DNA from: Rhodoluna sp. | GTDB taxonomy: Bacteria; Actinomycetota; Actinomycetes; Actinomycetales; Microbacteriaceae | Direction: 5' to 3' | Assembly (NCBI GenBank): GCA_044342685.1 | Contig: JBIIPK010000006.1 | Coordinates: 3,566-67,565, forward strand | DNA: 64,000 bases | Part shown: positions 55,807 through 64,000 of the stretch, in pieces | Layout: the number at the start of each line of letters is the position of its first letter | Position numbering within the stretch: the first letter of the stretch is position 1 | The notes under the pieces: generated by a model | The model's input: only the letters and a program-made list of their open reading frames with translations | What the model was told of the DNA's origin: nothing | Database searches by the model: none | Position numbers and translations under genes: made by a program

Positions 55807-56701
55807 ATTCGGCCTAGCAGGAGGCTTTAAAGACGCCCCGCTAGCCCAGGAGATCAGCGACAACACCAGACGTATGTCTAACGTGAGAAACTCAGTAATC
55901 CCCCACCCAACATCAACTCGAATCATTACAGTTTCTAACCAAAAGGGTGGCGTAGGCAAGACAACCACTGCCGTCAACCTAGCTGTTGCACTTGCCGATA
56001 AAGGCATGGAAGTGCTTGTAATCGACCTAGACCCTCAGGGTAACGCTTCAACAGCACTAGGTATCGAGCACAGAATCGGCGTCAAGTCCATCTATGAAGT
56101 AATTACCCAGAACATGGAGCTCGCCGAAGTAGTTCAGGTCAGCCCAGAGTCTCCACGGGTGAGATGTGTTCCAGCGACTATAGATCTAGCGACTGCTGAA
56201 CTAGAGCTAGTTTCCCTTCTAGCCCGCGAACACAGGCTAAAAAACGCTTTAGCAGCCTACATTTCAACAAGCAATGTAAAGCCTGACTACGTTTTCATCG
56301 ACTGCCCACCAAGCCTGGGCCTATTGACCGTGAACGCCTTCACAGCAGCCACAGAAGTTCTTATCCCAATTCAGTGTGAGTACTACGCCCTAGAAGGTCT
56401 GAGCCAGCTAAAGAGAAGCATTGACATGATTCGCGGGGCTCTAAACCCAAATCTTGCCCTCTCAACCATTCTTTTGACCATGTATGACTCAAGAACCAAG
56501 CTAAATCAGGCCGTGGTAGACGATGTACGCAATCACTTCCCTACTCAAACCCTGCAGACTCTTATTCCACGCCAGATCGGTGTCGCCGAGGCTCCTAGCT
56601 ACGGCCAGACAGTAATCAATTACGATCGAAGCTCAAATGGAGCAATTTCTTACATGGAAGCGGCAATTGAGATAGCAAACAGAGGAGTAGCAAATGGCTG
56701 A
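55772..56701 (+). CDS. parA: Chromosome partitioning ATPase ParA/Soj
   Basis: Deviant Walker A SNQKGGVGKTTTAVNLA, plus DLDPQGN and IDCPPSLG. The true start is uncertain (TTG 55772, GTG 55790 inside parS, or ATG 55874). Confidence 0.9.
   Translation: MRSRFHVKHPDEFGLAGGFKDAPLAQEISDNTRRMSNVRNSVIPHPTSTRIITVSNQKGGVGKTTTAVNLAVALADKGMEVLVIDLDPQGNASTALGIEHRIGVKSIYEVITQNMELAEVVQVSPESPRVRCVPATIDLATAELELVSLLAREHRLKNALAAYISTSNVKPDYVFIDCPPSLGLLTVNAFTAATEVLIPIQCEYYALEGLSQLKRSIDMIRGALNPNLALSTILLTMYDSRTKLNQAVVDDVRNHFPTQTLQTLIPRQIGVAEAPSYGQTVINYDRSSNGAISYMEAAIEIANRGVANG
55782..55797. promoter_or_regulatory. parS: parS centromere site
   Basis: gGTTTCACGTGAAACa, a perfect 14-bp core at the rsmG-parA junction. 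Confidence 0.85.
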
Positions 56702-57650
56702 GAAAAAAGGCGGATTGGGTAGAGGCATCGGTGCTCTAATCCCAGAGGTTTCAAATACTCAGGATCGCATGGAGCGACCAGCCGACGGCAATCCGATTAG
56801 CGTGTTCTTTGGCGGCTCAACTAATGCACCTGTTGACCTTCTACCGGTTCCAGGAGCTACATTTGGTTACCTCAACATTGCAGACATCACCCCAAACGCC
56901 AAACAGCCTAGAAGCAACTTCGATCCGGCTGATTTTGCTGAACTAGTAGGCAGCGTCCGCGAGTTTGGTGTTCTACAGCCGATTTCTGTTCGTTCACTTG
57001 GTAAACAAAACGGTGTTGACAAGTACGAACTAATCATGGGCGAACGTCGCTTGCGTGCTTCAAAAGAAGCCGGACTTACCCAGATTCCAGCAGTTATTCG
57101 TGAAACTGGCGATGAAAACATGCTTAGAGATGCTCTGTTGGAGAACCTCCACAGAAGCGACCTCAACGCAATCGAAGAAGCAAGCGCTTATCAGCAGCTT
57201 TTGGAAGAGTATGGCTGCACCCAGGATCAATTGGCAGAGAAACTTTCAAGATCTCGCCCGCAAATTACTAACACAATTCGTCTTCTGAGGCTTCCTACAG
57301 CTCTTCAGTCAAAGGTTGCAGCTGGTGTTTTGAGTGCAGGGCATGCCAGGGCCATTCTTTCTGTTGAAGATCCACAACGTATGACCGAATTGGCAGACAA
57401 AGTCATCAATCTTGGTCTTTCTGTCCGTGCAACTGAGGAATTAGTCAAGAAGCCAGGCAAGAAGGGCAGGATCAAGCCAGGTGGAAAACAAGATGCACTC
57501 AAAACTTTGGCTGAGACTCTTTCTGACAAGCTAAACACTTCAGTCCGAATCAAATTGGGACTGAAAAAGGGAACTATTGAGATTGATTTCGCAAGTGTTG
57601 ATGACATGAAGAGAATTTTGAGCGAACTCGGTCAAGATACCAAGTTCTAA
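56694..57650 (+). CDS. parB: Chromosome partitioning protein ParB/Spo0J
   Basis: ParB box GLGRGIGALI, arginine patch LIMGERRLRAS, HTH ...TQDQLAEKLSRSRPQITN. Confidence 0.9.
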   Translation: MAEKKGGLGRGIGALIPEVSNTQDRMERPADGNPISVFFGGSTNAPVDLLPVPGATFGYLNIADITPNAKQPRSNFDPADFAELVGSVREFGVLQPISVRSLGKQNGVDKYELIMGERRLRASKEAGLTQIPAVIRETGDENMLRDALLENLHRSDLNAIEEASAYQQLLEEYGCTQDQLAEKLSRSRPQITNTIRLLRLPTALQSKVAAGVLSAGHARAILSVEDPQRMTELADKVINLGLSVRATEELVKKPGKKGRIKPGGKQDALKTLAETLSDKLNTSVRIKLGLKKGTIEIDFASVDDMKRILSELGQDTKF

Positions 57651-57651
57651 A

Positions 57652-57733
57652 TTATCCACAGGCAATTAAGCCAGTTATCCACAAGGTTTTCCACAGGCTT
57701 TTCCACCAAAAACTTCAGTTTACCTGTGGATAA
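57652..57733. promoter_or_regulatory. Cluster of five DnaA boxes in the convergent parB/aminotransferase spacer
   Basis: TTATCCACA 57652-60 and 57675-83 (perfect), TTTTCCACA 57687-95, TTTTCCACC 57699-707 and inverted TGTGGATAA 57725-33 (perfect). Confidence 0.6.
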
Positions 57734-57740
57734 CTTTTGC

Positions 57741-58955
57741 TTATTTGGATGAAGCCAACTCCGAGGTTATTGTTTGAGCTAGTCGCTCAACGCCAACCCT
57801 GATGTTTTCCGGTGTTGGGTAGGAGTAGGAGATCCTCAGGAACTCTTGTCCGGTTCCATTGCCATAGAAAGCTGTCCCTGGTGTGTAGGCAACTAAATTC
57901 TCTACAGCCCTAGGCAACATTTTCTTAGAATCCACTCCAGCTGGCAGATCGACCCACAAATAGAACCCTCCACCAGGTTTAGTAGTGGTTAGTTCAGGTA
58001 GGAATTCATCCATTGCGGAGAGGGCAGCATCTCTGCGAATTCGGTATTCATTTCTAAACACTGCAATCTGAGCTTTCCAGTCGTTTGTGCTCAGATATTC
58101 ACTGCTCATCATTTGAGAGAAAGCACTTGGACAGAGTACTGCTGACTCATTTGCTAGAACCAACTTCTCTTTGATTGATGGTGGAGCTAGAACGTAACCC
58201 ACTCTGAATCCTGGAACCAAAATTTTTGAAAAAGAACCCAGATAGATTACGCCATCTTCATCAAGTGATCGCAGAGCGTCTGGAGCTTTTTCATCAAAGT
58301 AGAGAAGCCCATACACGTTGTCTTCTAAAACAAGAATGTGATGTTTACGACAGATCTCAAGAATCTGCGAACGTCTTTCAGCAGCAAGGGTTACTCCGCT
58401 TGGGTTTGCAAAGTTCGGAACTAAGTACAGGAACTTAATATTTTTACCAGCTGCTTGAACGCGTTTAATAGTTGCTGATAAGGCTTCAGGAGATATTCCA
58501 TTGTTGTCTGTGTAGACATGTTCGATGTGAGCTTGTCTTGCTCTAAATACGCCAAGTGCTCCTACGTAGCTTGGACCTTCTGCAAGAACAACATCACCTG
58601 GATCTAAAAACAATGAGGAAACTAAATCCAAACCATGTTGCGAACCTGTTGTCACAACGATGTTGTCTACATCAGATCTGATTCCTTCAAGCGACATGAT
58701 TTCTTGAATGTGTTCACGAAGTGTTGGGTCACCTTGCCCACCTGAATACTGCAATGCGGTTGCAGATCTATCGGCCATGAGAGATTGAAAACTTTCAATC
58801 ATTCTCTCTTTAGGTAGAGCAGGAACGAATGGCATACCTCCCGCTAGAGATACCACTTCAGGTCTGGAAACCACGGCAAAGAGGGCTCGTACTTCAGACG
58901 CAGATAATCCATTCGCTCTTGATGCGTATCTGTCAGACCATAAGTCCTTAGCCAT
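57741..58955 (-). CDS. PLP-dependent aminotransferase, class I/II (2-aminoadipate/aromatic aminotransferase-like)
   Basis: 404 aa. ...Y....G...LR..I, NPSG and SFSK (PLP lysine) motifs. Confidence 0.8.
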   Translation of the reverse strand: MAKDLWSDRYASRANGLSASEVRALFAVVSRPEVVSLAGGMPFVPALPKERMIESFQSLMADRSATALQYSGGQGDPTLREHIQEIMSLEGIRSDVDNIVVTTGSQHGLDLVSSLFLDPGDVVLAEGPSYVGALGVFRARQAHIEHVYTDNNGISPEALSATIKRVQAAGKNIKFLYLVPNFANPSGVTLAAERRSQILEICRKHHILVLEDNVYGLLYFDEKAPDALRSLDEDGVIYLGSFSKILVPGFRVGYVLAPPSIKEKLVLANESAVLCPSAFSQMMSSEYLSTNDWKAQIAVFRNEYRIRRDAALSAMDEFLPELTTTKPGGGFYLWVDLPAGVDSKKMLPRAVENLVAYTPGTAFYGNGTGQEFLRISYSYPTPENIRVGVERLAQTITSELASSK

Positions 58956-58995
58956 TTAAACCTTCTTAGTTAATCGTGAAACATTTTTGAGTTAA

Positions 58996-59034
58996 ACGAA
59001 AAACGGCCAAGGCACATAGGCACCGTAGCCGTTT
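58996..59034 (-). terminator. Candidate terminator after trxA
   Basis: The minus strand reads AAACGGC-(20 nt)-GCCGTTT followed by TTCG/T-rich sequence. The long loop weakens the call. Confidence 0.4.
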
Positions 59035-59048
59035 AACTTAGAACTAAC

Positions 59049-59372
59049 TTAGTTGATGAATGAGCTCAAGTCTGCCAATAGAGCAGGCTTTGGCTTTGCA
59101 CCGATGATTGACTTTACAACTTCCCCACCCTGGAACACCTGCATAGCTGGGATTGAAGTAATGCCGTACTGCTGAGCTAGAGCAGGCTCTTCGTCAACGT
59201 TGACCTTAACGATTGTGATCTTGTCTCCGTGCTCACCAGCAATCTCATCAAGGATTGGTGAAACCATACGACAAGGGCCACACCATTCAGCCCAGAAATC
59301 TACTAGCACTGGTTTAGCTGATGAAAGGACATCTGCTTGGAAAGTTGCGGTGGTTACATTTTTTGCTGCCAT
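59049..59372 (-). CDS. trxA: Thioredoxin
   Basis: Active site WAEWCGPCR. 107 aa. Confidence 0.95.
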   Translation of the reverse strand: MAAKNVTTATFQADVLSSAKPVLVDFWAEWCGPCRMVSPILDEIAGEHGDKITIVKVNVDEEPALAQQYGITSIPAMQVFQGGEVVKSIIGAKPKPALLADLSSFIN

Positions 59373-59394
59373 GATTGCTCCTTATTGTTTAAAT

Positions 59395-60318
59395 CTATTT
59401 TAGGTTGCTTAGGTAATGTTCTGCGTCTAATGCTGCAACACATCCAGAACCTGCTGCTGTGATGGCCTGACGATATGTTGGGTCAATAACATCTCCAGCT
59501 GCAAAGACTCCAGGCAAGCTTGTCTTAGATGATCTGCCATCAACTTCAATGAACTTCTCTGGAGTTAGGGTCAACTGGTTTTCAACTAACCAAACACGAG
59601 GGTCATTACCAATTGCAATGAATAGGCCATCTAGATCAAGAGTGTTCTGAGTGCCATCGACCAAGTTGGTTGTCTTAATGCCGGTAAGTTTTCCTTCACC
59701 CAAAAGTTCACTAACCTCTGTGTTCCAGATAACTTCGATCTTTGGATTGTTGAGAGCACGCTCCTGCATGATCTTGGAAGCCTTGAATGAGTCACGACGG
59801 TGAATCAGGTAAACCTTGCTAGCGAATCTTGTTAGGAAGGTAGCTTCCTCCATTGCAGAGTCACCACCACCGACTACAGCAATTGTCTTTTCTCTAAAGA
59901 AGAAACCATCGCAAGTAGCACACCAGGATATTCCGTAACCGCTCAGTTCTTTTTCACGAGGTAAACCAAGTTCACGGTAGGCAGCGCCTGTTGCAAGGAT
60001 TACTGTCTTGGCTTCGAATGTCTTTCCGCCACCGGTCTTAACGATCTTTACTGGACCTTTTAGGTCAACTTCGATCACGTCATCAAGAAGCACTTCAGTT
60101 CCAAAGCGTTCAGCTTGAGCACGGAAAGCATCCATAAGCTCAGGTCCTTGCAAACCAGTAGGGAAGCCAGGGTAGTTCTCTACTTCCGTGGTCTTCATTA
60201 GCTCACCACCGGCTTCAACAGATGAAGCAATAAGTAGTGGATTCAATCCAGCACGTCCTGTGTAGATACCTGCTGTGTATCCAGCTGGACCAGATCCAAT
60301 GATGATTACTTCGTGCAA
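59395..60318 (-). CDS. trxB: Thioredoxin-disulfide reductase
   Basis: FAD motif IIGSGPAGYTA, redox CATCDG, NADPH motif VVGGGDSA. Confidence 0.95.
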   Translation of the reverse strand: MHEVIIIGSGPAGYTAGIYTGRAGLNPLLIASSVEAGGELMKTTEVENYPGFPTGLQGPELMDAFRAQAERFGTEVLLDDVIEVDLKGPVKIVKTGGGKTFEAKTVILATGAAYRELGLPREKELSGYGISWCATCDGFFFREKTIAVVGGGDSAMEEATFLTRFASKVYLIHRRDSFKASKIMQERALNNPKIEVIWNTEVSELLGEGKLTGIKTTNLVDGTQNTLDLDGLFIAIGNDPRVWLVENQLTLTPEKFIEVDGRSSKTSLPGVFAAGDVIDPTYRQAITAAGSGCVAALDAEHYLSNLK

Positions 60319-60378
60319 TTTATACTCCAGAACTTTAATGAGGGGGAAGCAAGTAAGGCTAGTTTATCTTGGCAATTT

Positions 60379-62016
60379 TTAGCGACGCAGCAGGCGAACT
60401 ACTGGGGCTAGAAGAATGTCAACTTCTTTGACGCGAAGTAACTTTAGAACCAAAATGTAGACCAAACTGATCACCATTCCGATGGTTACACATGAAACAA
60501 CAGAAGATAGAACGCTATCAACAGCGAAGGCCCCTGAAACAGTTCCACCCATAGCTTGAAGCATCCAGTAGCCAGCACCACCGGCTAGAAGCGCTGCTCC
60601 AATAAACTTGGTGGTAGCAACAGCGAGACCACCTTGACCCAGAGCTCCATACTTTCTTCTGAACAAAGCAAATGAAAGACCAGATTGAATCAAGATGCTT
60701 GCGCTGGTCACTAGAGACAATCCAACAACTAGCCAAATGTCTTCAACGTAAAGCCAAACCAATACTGATCCAGTTATGTTTACCGCCACCTGAACAAAAG
60801 TAAAGATGAATGGAGTTCGTGTGTCTTCAAGGGCATAGAAGGCTCTTTGGATCATGAAGACAAAGCTGAATGGAAGAAGACCAACCACCATGGCAATCAC
60901 AACATTTCCTAGAGCAACAGCACCTGGTAATTCCCCAACGAAAACTCTTGAAACTGGATATGCCAGAACAATGAGTGCGGTTGTGGCAAGCACACTTATC
61001 ATCGCAATAGTTCTTAATCCCTCAACCAGATCTTTCTTGAGTTCATCAAAGTTTTTGTCCATTGCGTGCTCGGACATTCTGGTGAAGTAGGCAGTTGCTA
61101 TTGAAACTGTTGCAACGGAGTGAGGAAGCATAAAGATAAGCCAGGCAATACTCATTGCAGCTACCGATGCAATTGCAACATTGCTATCAACAATTTGATC
61201 TCTCCCTTGTATAGAGCTAGATGCAACGGCAGTCTGAACTATTCCGCCAATTTGGGTAACGATAAGCATGCCTAGAGTCCATGAGGCTGCTTTCATCGCA
61301 GGTCCGAGACCTACTCCACGCCAGGAGAAGTTGAACTTGAAAACAAGACCCATCTTCTTCCAGAAAACCAAGAGGATAAGAGCTTGAGATGCAACACCTA
61401 GAGTTGCTGATCCTGCTAGCCAAGAGATCTGCTGCTGTGTCCAATCAGCAACACTTCGCTGACCGGTGGGGTCAAAACCAAACTGCCAAACGAATGCAGC
61501 CATACCGATGATGGCAACGATGTTGTTGAGCACAGGTGCCCACATATATGGTCCGAACTTACTCTTTGCATTCAGCACTTCACCCAATAGAGAGTAGAGA
61601 CCGTAGAAGAACAGTTGCGGTAAGCACCAGTAAGCAAAGGCGGTTGCTAAAGCTAGTTGGTCTGCATCCCAACCACTTGTGTATAGAGAAACAAGTAGTG
61701 GAGCACTAACCGTAGTTAGAACAGTTATGGAACCGAAGGTAACAATGGCAATTGTTAGTAACCGATCAATGTATGCATTGCCACCATCTAGGTGGGCTCT
61801 AGCTCTGACAATCTGAGGAACTAGAACTGCATTTAGAACACCACCGACAATAATCGCGTAGACGTTATTCGGTAGTTGGTTGGCAACTCCAAAAGCATCG
61901 GCAGCGTTGGTTGTAACACCAATTGTTGCGGCTAAAAGAATTGCACGAAGAATACCTAAGAATCTAGACATGACTGTTCCGCTAGCCATGATTAGCGACG
62001 AACGAAGAATGCTCAT
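60379..62016 (-). CDS. murJ: Lipid II flippase MurJ/MviN
   Basis: 545 aa, about 14 TMS. The N-terminus SS.IMASGT..SR.LG..R is typical of MurJ. Confidence 0.9.
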   Translation of the reverse strand: MSILRSSLIMASGTVMSRFLGILRAILLAATIGVTTNAADAFGVANQLPNNVYAIIVGGVLNAVLVPQIVRARAHLDGGNAYIDRLLTIAIVTFGSITVLTTVSAPLLVSLYTSGWDADQLALATAFAYWCLPQLFFYGLYSLLGEVLNAKSKFGPYMWAPVLNNIVAIIGMAAFVWQFGFDPTGQRSVADWTQQQISWLAGSATLGVASQALILLVFWKKMGLVFKFNFSWRGVGLGPAMKAASWTLGMLIVTQIGGIVQTAVASSSIQGRDQIVDSNVAIASVAAMSIAWLIFMLPHSVATVSIATAYFTRMSEHAMDKNFDELKKDLVEGLRTIAMISVLATTALIVLAYPVSRVFVGELPGAVALGNVVIAMVVGLLPFSFVFMIQRAFYALEDTRTPFIFTFVQVAVNITGSVLVWLYVEDIWLVVGLSLVTSASILIQSGLSFALFRRKYGALGQGGLAVATTKFIGAALLAGGAGYWMLQAMGGTVSGAFAVDSVLSSVVSCVTIGMVISLVYILVLKLLRVKEVDILLAPVVRLLRR

Positions 62017-62522
62017 TCAGAAACCTCTGATTTACTTCGTCGAGCCATTCTCAAAACACCGAGACCTAGCAAGATGGCAATGATTGATCCGAAGACAACG
62101 ATGATCACCACTTCAATATCAGGATTCACAGTTAGCTTCATAGAAACTGTTTGACCAATTCTGATGTCAGTAAAAGTTGTCAACCATACGTTTAGTTTGT
62201 ATTCGCCACCAGAGAGAATGCTGATTGGAATCAAAGCATCTTTTCTTGAGTTGGCCGGGATTGTTAGTGTCACATACTTTTCAGCGCTCACTGCAGGATC
62301 GGGAGAAGAAGTGTGAACACGAACTTTTACTTGACGGTCATAGTTGTTTTGAACAGACACAGGAATCTTTGACTCACGTGAAACGATGTTGATATCAGAT
62401 CCTGAAACCACAAATACTTGGGCTGGTGGTAAGGCCGCGTTAACTGGGGTAGCGATGGTTAACAGAACCAAAAGTGCCGATACTAAAGCTTTGCCTAGAG
62501 TCCTCATTGCTTGGCAACCCAC
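62013..62522 (-). CDS. Small secreted/C-terminally membrane-anchored protein, unknown function (occupies the position of the large conserved protein upstream of mviN in other Actinobacteria)
   Basis: Signal peptide ...LLVLLTIATPVNA, a beta-rich body, C-terminal TM VVIIVVFGSIIAILLGLGVL and basic tail RMARRSK. The likely start is the ATG at 62507 (MRTLGK). Confidence 0.5.
   Translation of the reverse strand: MGCQAMRTLGKALVSALLVLLTIATPVNAALPPAQVFVVSGSDINIVSRESKIPVSVQNNYDRQVKVRVHTSSPDPAVSAEKYVTLTIPANSRKDALIPISILSGGEYKLNVWLTTFTDIRIGQTVSMKLTVNPDIEVVIIVVFGSIIAILLGLGVLRMARRSKSEVSE
62370..62385. promoter_or_regulatory. Degenerate parS-like site (2 core mismatches)
   Basis: tGACTCACGTGAAACg compared with tGTTTCACGTGAAACa. 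Intragenic. Confidence 0.25.
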
Positions 62523-62956
62523 TCTTGAACAATTAGAGCTAGACGTCTTTCATTCTCATGAGTTAGTTCTGCATGAAGTAGGTCGATGTTGACCCAGCGA
62601 ATGTCGACTGCTTCTCTATCTGGATCATTCTCAATGGTTAGATCTCCACCGGTCTGCTTCATTAGGAAGTGATGAACAGTCTTAGCAATGATTGACGTTG
62701 GTGTTGAGAATTCGTAGTGAATAGAACCTAGGGACTCAATGATTGTGGCCTGAAGCCCAGTCTCTTCTTCAACTTCTCGAAGAGCTGCTTGCTCAGCAGT
62801 CTCTGCTCCTTCAAGATGCCCCTTAGGCACACACCAGTCAATGCGACCTCCGCGGTTTCTTCTGCCGATGACGGCAATCCGGGGAGACCCATCAGCGGCT
62901 AGAACAAACCCCCCGGCTGAAGTCTCCTCGACACGAGGTTTCTGTCGAGAGTTCAT
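62504..62956 (-). CDS. NUDIX hydrolase
   Basis: Nudix box GHLEGAETAEQAALREVEEETGL. Confidence 0.85.
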   Translation of the reverse strand: MNSRQKPRVEETSAGGFVLAADGSPRIAVIGRRNRGGRIDWCVPKGHLEGAETAEQAALREVEEETGLQATIIESLGSIHYEFSTPTSIIAKTVHHFLMKQTGGDLTIENDPDREAVDIRWVNIDLLHAELTHENERRLALIVQEWVAKQ

Positions 62957-63001
62957 TGCTTTAGCCTAACGCGGAGGCATTTGTTGGGCATACTTAAAAC
63001 C

Positions 63002-64000
63002 ATGCGAACTGTTGCCGAGGCGCTTGCAAATTTACAGCGGACTTCCAAGACTCCGCTACTTAGCAAACTCGGCACACTATTCAGCGCTTCAGGCTTTGAG
63101 CTAGCCCTAGTGGGCGGACCAGTAAGAGATGCCTTTCTAGGCAGAGTCACTAATGACCTAGATTTCACTACCTCAGCTAGCCCAGATCAGATTCTTGCGG
63201 TTCTTAAAGGGCACGTTGATGCCCAATGGGATGTTGGTCGTGAGTTTGGCACCATCGGTGCCCGTATCGGCGATGACACAGTAGAAATAACTACTTATAG
63301 AGCTGACTCTTATGACCCAGATTCTAGAAAGCCAGTGGTTGCCTTTGGCAACAATCTAGAAGACGACCTGTTTAGAAGAGACTTCACAGTCAACTCAATG
63401 GCTCTTAGATTGCCTGACGGAGTATTTGTAGATCCATTCAATGGTCTCTCTGACCTAATTGATGGAGTAATTAGAACCCCTGGCAAACCAGAAGATAGCT
63501 TCTCCGATGACCCGTTGAGAATTATGAGAGCTGCTAGATTCGCTTCTCAACTTGGCTTCATGGTTCATGAAGACACCTTCAAAGCCATGAAGGATATGGC
63601 AGATCGCATAGAGATTGTCTCTGCTGAACGTATTCAGGTTGAAATATCCAAACTAATCCTTGGGGCAAATCCTCGAGAAGGTTTAGAGGTTCTGGTTGAT
63701 TCAGGCATAGCCGACATCGTCTTCCCTGAACTTCCTTCGCTGAAACTAGAGATAGACGAGCACCATCACCATAAAGATGTCTATGAACACACCCTGACTG
63801 TTCTAGAGCAAGCCATTAGCTATGAGGCTGAATACAACTTAGAGAAAGACCTAATTCTTAGACTTGCTGCTCTTATGCACGATATTGGTAAACCTCTAAC
63901 TAGAAAGCTTGAAACTGGAGGGGGAGTCACCTTCCATCACCACGATGTTGTTGGAGCAAAGCTAGCTGCCAAGAGACTTAGAGCTCTTAGATACGACAAT
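63002..64000 (+). CDS. cca: CCA-adding tRNA nucleotidyltransferase / poly(A) polymerase family, N-terminal 333 codons (runs off the right window edge)
   Basis: Not in the ORF track (open-ended). My translation is MRTVAEALANLQRTS...LALVGGPVRDAFLGRVTNDLDFTT... (GGxVRD...DxD), followed later by the HD region DEHHHHKDVYEHT. The minus-strand ORF at 62953-63168 is its shadow. Confidence 0.85.
   Translation, partial: MRTVAEALANLQRTSKTPLLSKLGTLFSASGFELALVGGPVRDAFLGRVTNDLDFTTSASPDQILAVLKGHVDAQWDVGREFGTIGARIGDDTVEITTYRADSYDPDSRKPVVAFGNNLEDDLFRRDFTVNSMALRLPDGVFVDPFNGLSDLIDGVIRTPGKPEDSFSDDPLRIMRAARFASQLGFMVHEDTFKAMKDMADRIEIVSAERIQVEISKLILGANPREGLEVLVDSGIADIVFPELPSLKLEIDEHHHHKDVYEHTLTVLEQAISYEAEYNLEKDLILRLAALMHDIGKPLTRKLETGGGVTFHHHDVVGAKLAAKRLRALRYDN

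Noticed and set aside
58968-58983. parS-like sequence aGTTAATCGTGAAACa upstream of the aminotransferase gene.
   Set aside because: Only the right half-site is intact and there are three mismatches in the left arm of the 14-bp core. It is unlikely to bind ParB.
62953-63168. 71-aa minus-strand ORF downstream of the NUDIX gene.
   Set aside because: It is a shadow of the plus-strand CCA-adding enzyme gene, which starts at 63002 and has the GGPVRD...DLD motifs.

Overview
This window is the replication-origin neighbourhood of an actinobacterial chromosome. By eye it is about mid-40s % GC (not computed), very gene-dense, with many 1-35 bp gene overlaps. That suggests a streamlined, low-GC actinobacterium, but I cannot name the taxon from sequence alone.

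Core layout:
- Leftward from about 52.3 kb (minus strand): dnaA-dnaN-gnd-recF-DUF721(dciA)-gyrB-gyrA-DUF3566-tRNA-Ile-tRNA-Ala.
- Rightward (plus strand): rpmH (missing from the ORF track; found by hand)-rnpA-yidD-yidC-jag-rsmG-parA-parB. Then come an aminotransferase, trxA-trxB, murJ, a small membrane-anchored protein, a NUDIX gene and the start of the CCA-adding enzyme (open-ended; found by hand).
- Further left lies the conserved actinobacterial cell-wall signalling operon fhaA-fhaB-pstP-rodA-pbpA-pknA-like-pknB, followed by trpG, crgA, rhomboid and ppiA.
- The left 25 kb holds housekeeping and transport genes: a sugar ABC operon with LacI, sdaA, an LCP protein, serS, pheA, a TPP-riboswitch-controlled thiBP, an M13 peptidase and trhO.

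I find 5 tRNAs, 1 TPP riboswitch and 2 perfect parS sites. There is no rRNA, CRISPR array, transposase or integrase.

I do not see a convincing new multi-gene system such as a defence island. The least explained items are:
1. A dense cluster of five DnaA boxes in the convergent spacer after parB.
2. A split oriC built from three copies of a roughly 30-bp 'leader + double DnaA box' module flanking dnaA.
3. A frame break between a parS-containing N-terminal ORF and the parA core.
4. A roughly 5-kb lineage-specific block between ppiA and tRNA-Ala. It holds an internally duplicated unknown protein, a convergent XRE regulator, a leaderless GH16 and an acidic 6-Cys tail-anchored protein.
5. A secreted CotH-kinase-like protein with four Ig-like repeats.
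6. An orphan beta-class DNA methyltransferase sitting where thiQ would be expected.

All product calls come from motifs read in the supplied translations. No database search was run.
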